DNA of 64,000 nucleotides, taken from positions 2,417 to 66,416 of the forward strand of contig JBEVNE010000342.1 of NCBI GenBank assembly GCA_040508275.1, written 5' to 3'. Position 1 is the first letter of the stretch; each line of letters begins with the position of its first letter. The notes beneath the pieces were generated by a model. That model did no database searches. It saw only the letters and a program-made list of their open reading frames with translations, and was not told the origin of the DNA. The position numbers and the translations under genes were made by a program. This DNA is from Duganella sp. Its GTDB lineage: Bacteria > Pseudomonadota > Gammaproteobacteria > Burkholderiales > Burkholderiaceae_D. This document shows, in pieces, positions 28,354 to 38,952 of the stretch.

Positions 28354-28833
28354 ATGCGCACGCGCGATACGCGTGGCTTCACGTTGATCGAATTGCTGGT
28401 CACGCTGGCCATACTCGGCCTGCTCAGCGCGTTGGTGATTCCCACCGCGCAGATCGTGGTGCAGCGCCGCCAGGAGCAGGATTTGCGCGAGGCGCTGCAC
28501 CAGGTGCGCAGCGCCATCGATGCCTACAAGCTCGCCTACGAACAGGGGCGCGTAACCCGCAGCGTCACTTCCACTGGCTATCCGAAAACGCTGGAGCTGC
28601 TGGTGGACGGTGTGCCTGACCTGCAAAACCCCAAGCAGAGCAAGATCTACTTTTTGCGCCGTGTGCCGCGCGATCCGTTCAACCCGGACAGCTCGCTCAG
28701 TGCGGCGCAGAGCTGGGGCAAGCGCAGCTACGCCAGCGAGGCCGACGATCCGCGCGAGGGCGAGGACGTGTACGATATCTACAGCCAGAGCGAGTTAACC
28801 GGCTTGAATGGCGTGCCTTACAAGAAGTGGTGA
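28354..28833 (+). CDS. Type II secretion minor pseudopilin
   Basis: RG|FTLIELLV prepilin motif; LREALHQVRSAIDAYK, YPKTLELLV, FLRRVPRDPF; AAGGA RBS before ATG 28354. Confidence 0.85.
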   Translation: MRTRDTRGFTLIELLVTLAILGLLSALVIPTAQIVVQRRQEQDLREALHQVRSAIDAYKLAYEQGRVTRSVTSTGYPKTLELLVDGVPDLQNPKQSKIYFLRRVPRDPFNPDSSLSAAQSWGKRSYASEADDPREGEDVYDIYSQSELTGLNGVPYKKW

Positions 28834-28835
28834 CC

Positions 28836-29207
28836 ATGAAGACCAAGGGCTTTACCTTAATCGAACTGCTGGTGGTGCTGGGCATCGTGGCTCTGCTGCT
28901 CACGCTGGCGGTGCCGCGCTATTTTCCCAGCGTGGACAAGTCGAAGGAAGTGGTGCTGTCCGATAACCTGCGCAATGTGCGCTCGCTGATCGAGCAGTTT
29001 TACGGCGACACCGGCCGCTATCCCGATTCGCTCGAACAGCTGGTGGAAAAAAAATACCTGCGCGCGCTGCCGATCGACCCCGTCACCGGCAGCGACAGCA
29101 CCTGGATCATCATCGCGCCTGCCGACGGCCTGCGCGGCAGCGTCTACGACATCAAGAGCGGCGCCCCCGGCAACGACCGCAGCGGCAAGCCTTACGCCGA
29201 CTGGTGA
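28836..29207 (+). CDS. Type II secretion minor pseudopilin
   Basis: KG|FTLIELLVV; FYGDTGRYPDSLEQLVEKKYLRALPIDPVT. Confidence 0.87.
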   Translation: MKTKGFTLIELLVVLGIVALLLTLAVPRYFPSVDKSKEVVLSDNLRNVRSLIEQFYGDTGRYPDSLEQLVEKKYLRALPIDPVTGSDSTWIIIAPADGLRGSVYDIKSGAPGNDRSGKPYADW

Positions 29208-29938
29208 TGCGGCGCCAGCGTTTGCGCCGCGCCGGCGGCTTTACCTATCTGAGCCTGATCATCCTGGTGGCGATCATCGGCCTGGTGGCCGCCACCACCC
29301 TCAAGCTGGGCGCCTCGATCCAGCGCAGCAAGGCCGAACAGGAACTGCTGCGCATCGGCGCCGCCTTCAGCGACGCCCTGCAAAGCTATGCCGACGCCAC
29401 CCCGGCCGGGCAGAGCACCCAGCCGCCGTCGTTCAAGGAACTGCTGCGCGACCCGCGCTTTCCCACGCCGCGCCGCCACCTGCGCAAGGTATTCGTCGAT
29501 CCCATGACCGGGCGCGACGAGTGGGGCGTGGTCTACCTGGGCGACAAGACCGGCATCATGGCGATCTACAGCCTGTCGGACGCCAAGCCGATCAAGGTGG
29601 GCAATTTCGAACCGCGCTTCCAGTCGCTGGCGGGCAAGCAGAAAATATCGGACTGGCGCTTTGGCGCCAGCACCCTGGCGGCGCCAACCAACGCTGCGCC
29701 AGCGGGTGGCAAGCCGGGCGCGCAGCCCGGGCTGCAGCCGGGTATTCAGCCGGGTATTCAGCCAGGTATCCAGCCCGGCTTGCAACCGGGCATGCAGCAT
29801 GGGCAGACCCCGGCGCCGGCAGCGCCGGTGGAACCGCAACCGCAGCCCTCTGACGTGCCAGCGGAGCCAGAACCGCCGCCACCCCCGGCCGAACCGGAGC
29901 CCGAGCCCGAGCCACCGGCCGCACCGACCAAAGACTAG
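29207..29938 (+). CDS. Minor pseudopilin lacking Glu+5 (GspK/PilX-like) with a Gln-Pro-Gly repeat and Pro-rich tail
   Basis: GG|FTYLSLII; EQELLRIG, LLRDPRFP..RRHLRKVFVDPMTG; tail (QPG[LIM])6 and EPEPEP. Confidence 0.82.
   Translation: MRRQRLRRAGGFTYLSLIILVAIIGLVAATTLKLGASIQRSKAEQELLRIGAAFSDALQSYADATPAGQSTQPPSFKELLRDPRFPTPRRHLRKVFVDPMTGRDEWGVVYLGDKTGIMAIYSLSDAKPIKVGNFEPRFQSLAGKQKISDWRFGASTLAAPTNAAPAGGKPGAQPGLQPGIQPGIQPGIQPGLQPGMQHGQTPAPAAPVEPQPQPSDVPAEPEPPPPPAEPEPEPEPPAAPTKD
29711..29803 (+). repeat. 12-bp coding tandem repeat, KPGA-(QPG[L/I/M])6-QHG
   Basis: CAGCCCGGGCTG CAGCCGGGTATT CAGCCGGGTATT CAGCCAGGTATC CAGCCCGGCTTG CAACCGGGCATG. Confidence 0.9.
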
Positions 29939-31479
29939 CGCGCCATGCGTTTGAAATCGCGCGGGCGGAAGCCCATCGCCAGCAAGGCGCCAAAGTAGAC
30001 CACGCAGCACACGCCGATCACCAGGAACAGCGCGCCCACGCGCAGCAGTGTTTGCTGCTGCATGGCTAGCCAGTCCACCAGGCCGGCGCCGTACCAGGCG
30101 GTGGCGCCCATCAGGGCGCAGGCGATGACGAGTTTGGCGAAGAACAGCGGCCAGCCCGGCTTGGGCTGGTACAGGGCGCGCTTGCGCAGGCCGACAAACA
30201 GGAAGCTGGCGTTGACGCAGGCGCCCAGGCTGATCGACAGCGCCAGTCCGGCCACGGCCAGGTGCGGCACGAAGATCATGTTCATGAGCTGGGTGGCAAT
30301 CAGCACGCCGACGGCAATGCGCACCGGCGTGCGGATATCCTGCTGCGCATAAAACGCTGGCGCCAGGATCTTGACCAGGATGATGCCGAGCAGGCCCACG
30401 CTATAGGCAATCAGCGGCTCGGCCGAGGCCTGGGCGGCGGCGGCCGTGAATTTACCGTTCTGGAACAGCGTGGCAATCAATGGTTCGGCCAGCGTGGCCA
30501 GGCCGACGGCGGCCGGCATGGCCAGCAAAAAGGTCAGGCGCAGGCCCCAGTCGAGCAGGGCGGAGTATTCTTCGCGGTCGCCGCTGGTGTTGGCCTTGGA
30601 CAGACTGGGCAGCAGAATCGTGCCGAGCGCCACGCCCAGCAGTGCGGTGGGGAACTCCATCAGGCGGTCGGCATAGGTAAGGAAGGAAATGCTGCCCTCG
30701 GCCAGCCGCGAAGCGATGCCGGTGTTGATCAGCAGGCTGATTTGCGCCGCCGAGACGGCAAACACGGCAGGTCCCATTTTTTTCAGCACACGGCGTACGC
30801 CCGGATCGCGCAGGCCGCTGGCCGGGTTGAACGACAGCCGTGGCAACATGCCGATTTTGACCAGCGCCGGAATCTGGATCGCCACCTGCAGCACACCGCC
30901 GACAAAGACGGCAATCGCCATCGCGTAAATCGGTTGCTCAAGGTGTTGCTGCAAGAACAGCGAGGCGGCAATCGACGCCAGGTTCAGCAGCACCGGTGTA
31001 AACGCCGGAATCTTGAACTGGCTCCAGGTGTTGAGGATGGCGCCGGCCAGCGCCACGAAGGCCATGAAGGAAATATAGGGGAACATCAAACGCGTCATCC
31101 ACACGCCGGCGTCGAACGCTGCCGGATCGAGGCCGCCGGCGACGGCCAGCATCAGCGCCGGCGCGCCGATGATGCCGATCACCGTCACCACCAGCGTGGC
31201 CCATACCAGCGTTGTGCCGACATGGTTGGCCAGGCTGCGGGTTTCTTCGGCCGTGCGCTGGTTCTTGTACTCCGATAGAATGGGCACGAACGCTTGCGAA
31301 AACGCCCCTTCGGCAAACAGCCGGCGCAGCAGGTTGGGCAGGCGGAAGGCGACGTTGTAGGCGTCCGTCAGGCCGCCGGCGCCAAAGGCGCGGGCAAACA
31401 AAATGTCACGCAACAACCCGGTGATACGGGACAGCATGGTCATGCTGGAAATGGCGGCTAGAGTTTTGAGCAAGTTCAT
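29935..31479 (-). CDS. murJ: Lipid II flippase MurJ (MviN)
   Basis: MTMLSRITGLLRD, AFRLPNLLRRLFAEGAFSQAFVP, YADRLMEFP, FYAQQDIRTPV; divergent from rpsT. Confidence 0.96.
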   Translation of the reverse strand: MNLLKTLAAISSMTMLSRITGLLRDILFARAFGAGGLTDAYNVAFRLPNLLRRLFAEGAFSQAFVPILSEYKNQRTAEETRSLANHVGTTLVWATLVVTVIGIIGAPALMLAVAGGLDPAAFDAGVWMTRLMFPYISFMAFVALAGAILNTWSQFKIPAFTPVLLNLASIAASLFLQQHLEQPIYAMAIAVFVGGVLQVAIQIPALVKIGMLPRLSFNPASGLRDPGVRRVLKKMGPAVFAVSAAQISLLINTGIASRLAEGSISFLTYADRLMEFPTALLGVALGTILLPSLSKANTSGDREEYSALLDWGLRLTFLLAMPAAVGLATLAEPLIATLFQNGKFTAAAAQASAEPLIAYSVGLLGIILVKILAPAFYAQQDIRTPVRIAVGVLIATQLMNMIFVPHLAVAGLALSISLGACVNASFLFVGLRKRALYQPKPGWPLFFAKLVIACALMGATAWYGAGLVDWLAMQQQTLLRVGALFLVIGVCCVVYFGALLAMGFRPRDFKRMAR

Positions 31480-31494
31480 AGGGCGTGATTATAG

Positions 31495-31523
31495 TTGCTA
31501 CCAACGAAAAATATCGCTATAAT
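31495..31523 (+). promoter_or_regulatory. Sigma70-type promoter for rpsT, back-to-back with the murJ -10
   Basis: TTGCTA (31495-31500), 17 nt, TATAAT (31518-31523); minus-strand TATAAT at 31488-31493. Confidence 0.65.
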
Positions 31524-31658
31524 CGCTGGCTGTACAGAATTCTGTTATGCAGACAATTATGTTTGGCAGGCAGCAGTTTGACTCACTTGGTTCGGCACAC
31601 GAACGACCTGTTTGGCAAACAATAATGTTTGCAAACTACCTTTATTTTAGGAAATTCC

Positions 31659-31928
31659 ATGGCAAATACCGCACAAGCGCGCAAACGTGCTCGTCAGGCA
31701 GTTAAACAAAACGCTCACAACTCGTCGCAACGTTCGACCCTGCGCACCGCGATCAAAGCTGTTCGCAAAGCGATCCAGGCTGGCGACAAAGCTGCTGCAA
31801 CCGAAATCTTCCAGAAATCGGTGTCGACCATCGACAGCATCGCTGACAAGAAAATCATCCACAAAAACAAGGCAGCTCGCCACAAGAGCCGTCTGGCAGC
31901 TGCTGTGAAAGCACTGGCCGCCGCTTAA
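31659..31928 (+). CDS. rpsT: 30S ribosomal protein S20
   Basis: [13 protein letters not shown]...RSTLRTAIK...[14 protein letters not shown]. Confidence 0.97.
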   Translation: MANTAQARKRARQAVKQNAHNSSQRSTLRTAIKAVRKAIQAGDKAAATEIFQKSVSTIDSIADKKIIHKNKAARHKSRLAAAVKALAAA

Positions 31929-31950
31929 TTCCTCCAGCAGGAATTGCAGC

Positions 31951-31986
31951 AAAAACCCGCACTGACCTGGTCAGTGCGGGTTTTTT
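31951..31986. terminator. Bidirectional intrinsic terminator between rpsT and the acyltransferase
   Basis: AAAAA-CCCGCACTGAC-CTG-GTCAGTGCGGG-TTTTTT. Confidence 0.9.
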
Positions 31987-32054
31987 CCTATCTGGCCGGT
32001 TGAAAGCCGCAATAGACCGGGGCGGTCTTCGATATTGCCTGCCTGATGTCTCCG

Positions 32055-33230
32055 TTACGCCGGGACTTTTCGGCCCATCTTAAGCTTGTGCAGCAAGCGC
32101 TTGCCTGCTGCGATGCCTTTCTTCTCGACCGTGTTAAACAGCACCCAGCCAACCAGGTAGCTGATTGGCAGTGCGACGGCCGTGACCACCGCCATGCGCG
32201 CTGCCGCGTGCAGGGTCAGGTAGCCGGGATGGCGTGAGCACAGCGCGCTTACAGGTATCACAATCAGCAGGTGTACCAGATAGACGCTGTAGGAGGTCTC
32301 GCCCATAAACACGGCCAGCCGGTTCGACAGCATGGTCCGCACGCGTACGGTCGCGCCAGCCAGCAGGCTACTGCCTGGCAGGGTGCCGTTGTTCATCAGG
32401 TAGAACAGGGCAATCACCAGTGCTACCCTGGCTACGGCAACCACGTTACGTTCCAGTAGCATCCACAGCAAGGCCAGCGCGACACCGGCCAGCAGGCCGC
32501 GCAGCATGCTGCGCTCGGCGCGTGCCTGGGCGATCCAGATGCCGATCAGAAAAACGTAGAGTTTGAGCAGCAGGAAGGCTGGCATCGGGAAGCCATGGAT
32601 AAAATCGCGGAACAACAGCCGGGCCGCCATGTAGATGGCGACCATCACCCCGGTGGCAACGAGCGGTGACAGCCGCGCCATGAGCAGCATAATGAAGGGA
32701 AAGAACAGGTAAAACTGCATTTCCAGGCCAATGGACCAGTCTGGCAATGCCGTACGAAAAGCGTAATACGGCGAAAAGCCGAACAGGAAGCTGACGTGCA
32801 TCAAAATGTTTTCCAGGCTCTGGTCCAGGTAACGCTCTGGCGCGCTGCTAGTCCACGGCCAGACGCTGGCGATCTCGGCGCGGAATTGTCCCATTTGCGG
32901 CCCCAGCAGCAGGGCTGCCAGCAGCGCCAGGTAGTACAGCGGCGCAATGCGGAAAAAGCGGCGTAGCCAGAATTGCAGCACAGTGCCGCTGTGGTTCCAG
33001 GGTTCGCTGTTCTTCCGGGCGATGTAGTGGTGCGCCATCAGGAAACCCGACATCAGCATGAACAGGTCGACTGCCAGTTCACCCCATGACACCACAGCTA
33101 CATGGGGCGCCCCCACCAGTATCTGGATATGGTGCAACAGTACCCACAAAGCTGCCAGGCCGCGCAGGCCATCCAGCCAGGGAAGGTTCGCAGAGGAGTG
33201 CGTTGCAAGCGGGGATGCACTGTGATTCAT
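32055..33230 (-). CDS. Acyltransferase-3 family membrane O-acyltransferase
   Basis: LDGLRGLAALWVLLHH, AVDLFMLMSGFLM, RRFFRIAPLYY, WSIGLEMQFY, GETSYSVYLVH, VEK. Start uncertain (33230, 33257 or 33284). Confidence 0.9.
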   Translation of the reverse strand: MNHSASPLATHSSANLPWLDGLRGLAALWVLLHHIQILVGAPHVAVVSWGELAVDLFMLMSGFLMAHHYIARKNSEPWNHSGTVLQFWLRRFFRIAPLYYLALLAALLLGPQMGQFRAEIASVWPWTSSAPERYLDQSLENILMHVSFLFGFSPYYAFRTALPDWSIGLEMQFYLFFPFIMLLMARLSPLVATGVMVAIYMAARLLFRDFIHGFPMPAFLLLKLYVFLIGIWIAQARAERSMLRGLLAGVALALLWMLLERNVVAVARVALVIALFYLMNNGTLPGSSLLAGATVRVRTMLSNRLAVFMGETSYSVYLVHLLIVIPVSALCSRHPGYLTLHAAARMAVVTAVALPISYLVGWVLFNTVEKKGIAAGKRLLHKLKMGRKVPA

Positions 33231-33326
33231 GGTGTTTGCCTTTACGACGCTGGACATGCTGCCAGAATCATAAAATTCTAACACCTTTATTGTGTATATT
33301 TTATCGTTAATTTAGTGACATCTATT

Positions 33327-33869
33327 TTAGTCTACTTTTATCCACTCGCCTGGGAACAGTGGGTGAGTGGCTAGCGAAAAGCCGCCAATCGCACTGCGCA
33401 CCAGCCGCAGCGTTGGCAAGCCAACGGCTGCCGTCATGCGCCGCACCTGGCGGTTTTTCCCTTCCTGCAAGGTGATCGCCAGCCAGCTGGTAGGCTGGTC
33501 GGCGCGCTGGCGGATTGGCGGGTGGCGCGGCCACAGCCATTCTGGCTCGGCAATGCGCACTGCCTTGCAGGGCTGGGTGGTAAAGTCGCCGAGATCGATC
33601 GGCGCCTGCAGCCTGGCCAGGCTGGCAGCGTCCGCCACGCCATCGACCTGCACCAGGTATTGCTTGGCTTGCTTGTGGTCGGGATGGGCGATGGCGTGCT
33701 GCAGCTTGCCGTCGTCGGTCAGCAGCATCAGACCTTCGCTGTCGTAGTCGAGGCGGCCGGCCGGATAGACGCCGGGAATGGTCAGATGGTCGGCCAGCGT
33801 GGCCTTGCCATCCTGCGGCGAGAACTGGCACAGCACCTGGAATGGCTTGTTAAATAAAATCAGGGACAT
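33327..33869 (-). CDS. rluE: 23S rRNA pseudouridine synthase (RluE-like)
   Basis: [45 protein letters not shown]; divergent from icd as in many proteobacteria. Confidence 0.88.
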   Translation of the reverse strand: MSLILFNKPFQVLCQFSPQDGKATLADHLTIPGVYPAGRLDYDSEGLMLLTDDGKLQHAIAHPDHKQAKQYLVQVDGVADAASLARLQAPIDLGDFTTQPCKAVRIAEPEWLWPRHPPIRQRADQPTSWLAITLQEGKNRQVRRMTAAVGLPTLRLVRSAIGGFSLATHPLFPGEWIKVD

Positions 33870-34041
33870 ACGCAATGGCTTGGTTTGGTGTAGGCTGGCG
33901 CCTCGCATGATAGTCGTGCATAATGCGAAACAGTGTCTTATGTCTTATAGAAGACCGGTTATCAGACCTTCGCCCGGGAGCAGCATTGTATGCTGTTTCG
34001 CCAGCGACTACAGCGTCCACAGCGTCCATGAGGAGTTCACG

Positions 34042-35298
<1,257 letters not shown>

Positions 35299-35354
35299 GC
35301 TTTGCCGAAAGCTGGCGTGGCGCCACGCGCCCATTCGGGGCCGGGGCTTTTTGC

Positions 35355-35492
35355 ATGTACTCGCGCACCAACGCCAGAACGCTGGAAAACTGGGAGCAGG
35401 GCAGGGCCAGGCCGAATGCGCAGGCCACGGCGCTGATCCGCCTGGTGCAAAAGTATCCGGCCACGCTCGAACAACTGGCGTCGCTGGCCTGA
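35355..35492 (+). pseudogene. Truncated XRE/HTH antitoxin-like regulator remnant (45 aa)
   Basis: Manual translation MYSRTNARTLENWEQGRARPNAQATALIRLVQKYPATLEQLASLA*; RTLENWEQGR..P is the XRE recognition helix; the N-terminal helices and an RBS are missing. Confidence 0.7.
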
Positions 35493-35582
35493 GGGCTGCG
35501 CCGGGTCGATCAAAGTTGGCAGTGGTTGCAATGAGTGCAGCGCTACTACAACACTTTTAACCGGCAATCCACTGCATGGACG

Positions 35583-35612
35583 AAAAAAAACCCCGCAGGC
35601 GGGGCTTTTTTT
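35583..35612. terminator. Bidirectional intrinsic terminator downstream of the cold-shock gene
   Basis: AAAAAAAA-CCCCGC-AG-GCGGGG-CTTTTTTT. Confidence 0.8.
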
Positions 35613-35629
35613 ACACCAGTCACGTGCAA

Positions 35630-35833
35630 TTACGTCGACTGAATGTTGGAAGCTTGCTTGCCTTTAGGGCCTTGCGTGACTTCGAATTGAACTTTTTGAC
35701 CTTCTTTGAGGGTCTTAAAACCGTTCATATTGATTGCGGAGAAGTGCGCGAACAAATCTTCGCCGCCGTCATCTGGAGTGATGAAGCCAAAACCTTTGGA
35801 ATCATTGAACCACTTAACAGTACCTGTTGCCAT
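35630..35833 (-). CDS. cspD: Cold-shock domain protein (CspD by synteny with clpS-clpA)
   Basis: [18 protein letters not shown] (RNP1), LFAHFSAI (RNP2), [11 protein letters not shown]; the symbol rests on synteny. Confidence 0.9.
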   Translation of the reverse strand: MATGTVKWFNDSKGFGFITPDDGGEDLFAHFSAINMNGFKTLKEGQKVQFEVTQGPKGKQASNIQST

Positions 35834-36175
35834 AAAAGAACTTTCAAAATTAAAACGGATCACACGAGCCATAAAGGCAAGAAGCTTCTTGCCCCTCCTC
35901 ACGCCTCACTTCTTATCAACATGTACATTTCTGCACGCAGCCGATAACGCATTGTTAGCGGACCAATTTTGAAAGTCAAGCGGATTTGTGGGCATTTTGC
36001 TACTTTTGGGTACAAAGCGATACATTGTCGATCAGATAATGATGAATGAACTCTTGCATTTGGCGAAGCGGATGCCATCTGCGGCAAGTTAAGAAAACGC
36101 GTAAGATGGAAACAATTGGATGTGCATGCTGAAATGCACATTGCATCAACCCCGAAAGCATTAGAATATAAGCGT

Positions 36176-36478
36176 ATGGCAACCAAGCATGACACCGAAA
36201 CTCTTTTGGAGCGACAAGCGCTGAAACCGCCACCGATGTATCAGGTGTCGTTGCTCAATGACGACTACACGCCGATGGAGTTCGTCGTGGCGATCATCCA
36301 GGAGTATTTCAACAAAGACCGTGAAACAGCCACGCAGATCATGCTCAGTGTTCATCGCTATGGCAAAGGAGTGTGTGGGGTGTTCTCAAAAGATATAGCC
36401 TGTACCAAAGTGGAGTTCGTTTTAACGCACGCACGCAAGGCGGGGCATCCCCTGCAATGCGTGATGGAGGAAGTATGA
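36176..36478 (+). CDS. clpS: ATP-dependent Clp protease adaptor ClpS
   Basis: [43 protein letters not shown]; ATGA overlap with clpA. Confidence 0.96.
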   Translation: MATKHDTETLLERQALKPPPMYQVSLLNDDYTPMEFVVAIIQEYFNKDRETATQIMLSVHRYGKGVCGVFSKDIACTKVEFVLTHARKAGHPLQCVMEEV

Positions 36479-38781
36479 TTGCGCAGGAATTGGAAGTAAG
36501 TTTGCACATGGCGTTTGTCGAAGCACGGCAGGCACGGCACGAATTCATCACGGTAGAGCACTTGCTGCTGGCACTGCTGGACAACCCTTCGGCTGCCGAA
36601 GTGTTGCGCGCATGCGCTGTCAACATTGAAGATCTGCGCAAGACGCTCACCAACTTCATCGGCGACAACACGCCGACGGTGCCTGGCACCGGTGAAGTCG
36701 ATACCCAGCCGACGCTCGGTTTCCAGCGCGTGATCCAGCGCGCGATCATGCACGTGCAGTCAGCCTCCAACGGCAAAAAAGAGGTCACTGGCGCCAATGT
36801 GCTGGTCGCCATCTTTGGCGAGAAGGACTCGCACGCGGTGTATTACCTGCACCAGCAGGGTGTTACGCGTCTCGACGTGGTCAACTTCATTTCGCATGGT
36901 GTGCGCAAAGACCAGCAGTCCGACGCCGCCAAGGCGTCCGAGGGCGTGGAAGAGGGCGCGCCGGCCGGTGAAAACCAGAGCAAGGAAAGCCCGCTCGACC
37001 AGTTCACCCAGAACCTCAACAAGTCGGCCGCCGACGGCAAGATCGATCCGCTGATCGGCCGCGAGGAAGAAGTTGACCGCGTGATTCAGATCCTGTGCCG
37101 CCGCCGCAAGAACAACCCGCTGCTGGTGGGCGAAGCCGGCGTGGGCAAGACCGCGATTGCCGAAGGCCTGGCCTACCGCATCACCCAGGGCGATGTGCCG
37201 GAAATCCTGCAAAATTCGGTCGTGTATTCGCTCGACATGGGCGCGCTGCTGGCCGGTACCAAGTATCGCGGCGATTTCGAGCAGCGCCTGAAGGCCGTGC
37301 TCAAGCAGCTCAAGGACAACCCGCAGGGCATCCTGTTCATCGACGAGATCCACACCATCATCGGCGCCGGTTCGGCTTCGGGCGGCACGCTCGACGCATC
37401 GAATCTGCTCAAGCCGGCACTGGCCAACGGTCAGCTCAAGTGCGTGGGCGCCACCACCTACACCGAGTTCCGCGGCGTATTCGAAAAAGACCATGCGCTG
37501 TCGCGCCGCTTCCAGAAAGTGGACGTCAACGAGCCTACCGTCGAGCAGACCGTGCAGATCCTGCGTGGCCTGAAGTCGCGCTTTGAAGAGCACCACGGCG
37601 TCAAGTACACGTCGTCGGCGCTGTCCACGGCGGCCGAACTGGCGGCGCGCTTCATCAACGACCGTCACCTGCCCGACAAGGCGATTGACGTCATCGACGA
37701 AGCCGGCGCAGCGCAGCGCATTCTGCCCAAGTCCAAGCAGAAAAAAACCATCGGCAAATCCGAGATCGAGGACATCATCGCCAAGATCGCCCGGATTCCG
37801 CCGCAAACCGTCAACCAGGACGACCGCAGCAAGCTGCAAACCATCGACCGCGACCTGCGCAACGTGGTGTTCGGCCAGGATCCGGCCATCGAAGCGCTGG
37901 CCTCGGCCATCAAGATGGCGCGCGCCGGCCTGGGCAAGGCTGACAAGCCGATCGGCTCCTTCCTGTTCTCGGGTCCGACCGGTGTCGGCAAAACCGAGGT
38001 GGCCAAGCAACTGGCCTTTATCCTCGGCATTGAGCTGATCCGTTTCGACATGTCCGAGTACATGGAACGTCACGCGGTGTCGCGCATGATCGGTGCGCCT
38101 CCAGGTTACGTTGGCTTTGACCAGGGTGGTTTGCTGACCGAAGCGATCACCAAGAAGCCGCACGCGGTGCTGCTGCTCGACGAAATTGAAAAAGCCCACC
38201 CGGACATTTTCAACATTCTGCTGCAGGTGATGGACCATGGCACGCTGACCGACAACAACGGCCGCAAGGCGGACTTCCGCAACGTGATCATCATCATGAC
38301 TACCAATGCGGGCGCCGAGAGTTTGCAGAAGGCCACCATCGGCTTCACCAACTCCAAGCAGGCTGGCGACGAAATGGGCGACATCAAGCGCATGTTCACG
38401 CCGGAGTTCCGCAACCGTATCGACGCCATCATCAGCTTCCGCGCGCTGGACGAAGAAATCATCCTGCGCGTGGTGGACAAATTCCTGATGCAGCTCGAAG
38501 AGCAGCTGCACGAGAAAAAAGTCGAAGCCATCTTCAGCGAGAAACTGCGCAAGTTCCTTGGCAAAAAAGGCTTCGATCCGCTGATGGGCGCACGGCCGAT
38601 GTCGCGCCTGATCCAGGACATGATCCGCAAGGCGCTGGCCGACGAACTGCTGTTTGGCCGTCTGGTCAGCGGTGGCAAGGTGACCGTGGACCTGGACGAC
38701 AAGGACGTGGTCAAGCTCGAGTTCCCCGAGCCGCCCGACGCAGCGCCCACCACGCCGCCTGAAACGGTCGAAGTCGAATAA
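36475..38781 (+). CDS. clpA: ATP-dependent Clp protease ATP-binding subunit ClpA
   Basis: [55 protein letters not shown]. Confidence 0.97.
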   Translation: MIAQELEVSLHMAFVEARQARHEFITVEHLLLALLDNPSAAEVLRACAVNIEDLRKTLTNFIGDNTPTVPGTGEVDTQPTLGFQRVIQRAIMHVQSASNGKKEVTGANVLVAIFGEKDSHAVYYLHQQGVTRLDVVNFISHGVRKDQQSDAAKASEGVEEGAPAGENQSKESPLDQFTQNLNKSAADGKIDPLIGREEEVDRVIQILCRRRKNNPLLVGEAGVGKTAIAEGLAYRITQGDVPEILQNSVVYSLDMGALLAGTKYRGDFEQRLKAVLKQLKDNPQGILFIDEIHTIIGAGSASGGTLDASNLLKPALANGQLKCVGATTYTEFRGVFEKDHALSRRFQKVDVNEPTVEQTVQILRGLKSRFEEHHGVKYTSSALSTAAELAARFINDRHLPDKAIDVIDEAGAAQRILPKSKQKKTIGKSEIEDIIAKIARIPPQTVNQDDRSKLQTIDRDLRNVVFGQDPAIEALASAIKMARAGLGKADKPIGSFLFSGPTGVGKTEVAKQLAFILGIELIRFDMSEYMERHAVSRMIGAPPGYVGFDQGGLLTEAITKKPHAVLLLDEIEKAHPDIFNILLQVMDHGTLTDNNGRKADFRNVIIIMTTNAGAESLQKATIGFTNSKQAGDEMGDIKRMFTPEFRNRIDAIISFRALDEEIILRVVDKFLMQLEEQLHEKKVEAIFSEKLRKFLGKKGFDPLMGARPMSRLIQDMIRKALADELLFGRLVSGGKVTVDLDDKDVVKLEFPEPPDAAPTTPPETVEVE

Positions 38782-38795
38782 GCTCCGGCTTTCTG

Positions 38796-38831
38796 AAAAG
38801 CCCGCCCCACGCAAGTGGCGCGGGCTTTTTT
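38796..38831 (+). terminator. Intrinsic terminator after clpA
   Basis: AAAAGCCCGC-C-CCAC-GCAA-GTGG-C-GCGGGCTTTTTT. Confidence 0.8.
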
Positions 38832-38952
38832 CCGTCTGTAGGCTGACGCCTGAACGGGGCCGCAGGTTTTCCACCGCAACAGTTTGACCTGTGCCAAAAT
38901 CGTTTTTTATGACAACTTGTACTGCCAGCCAAGCCGGCAGCCTGGAGATCCA

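Noticed and set aside
29711-29803. Tandem repeats as a CRISPR array
   Set aside because: 12-bp in-frame coding repeats without spacers; no cas genes.
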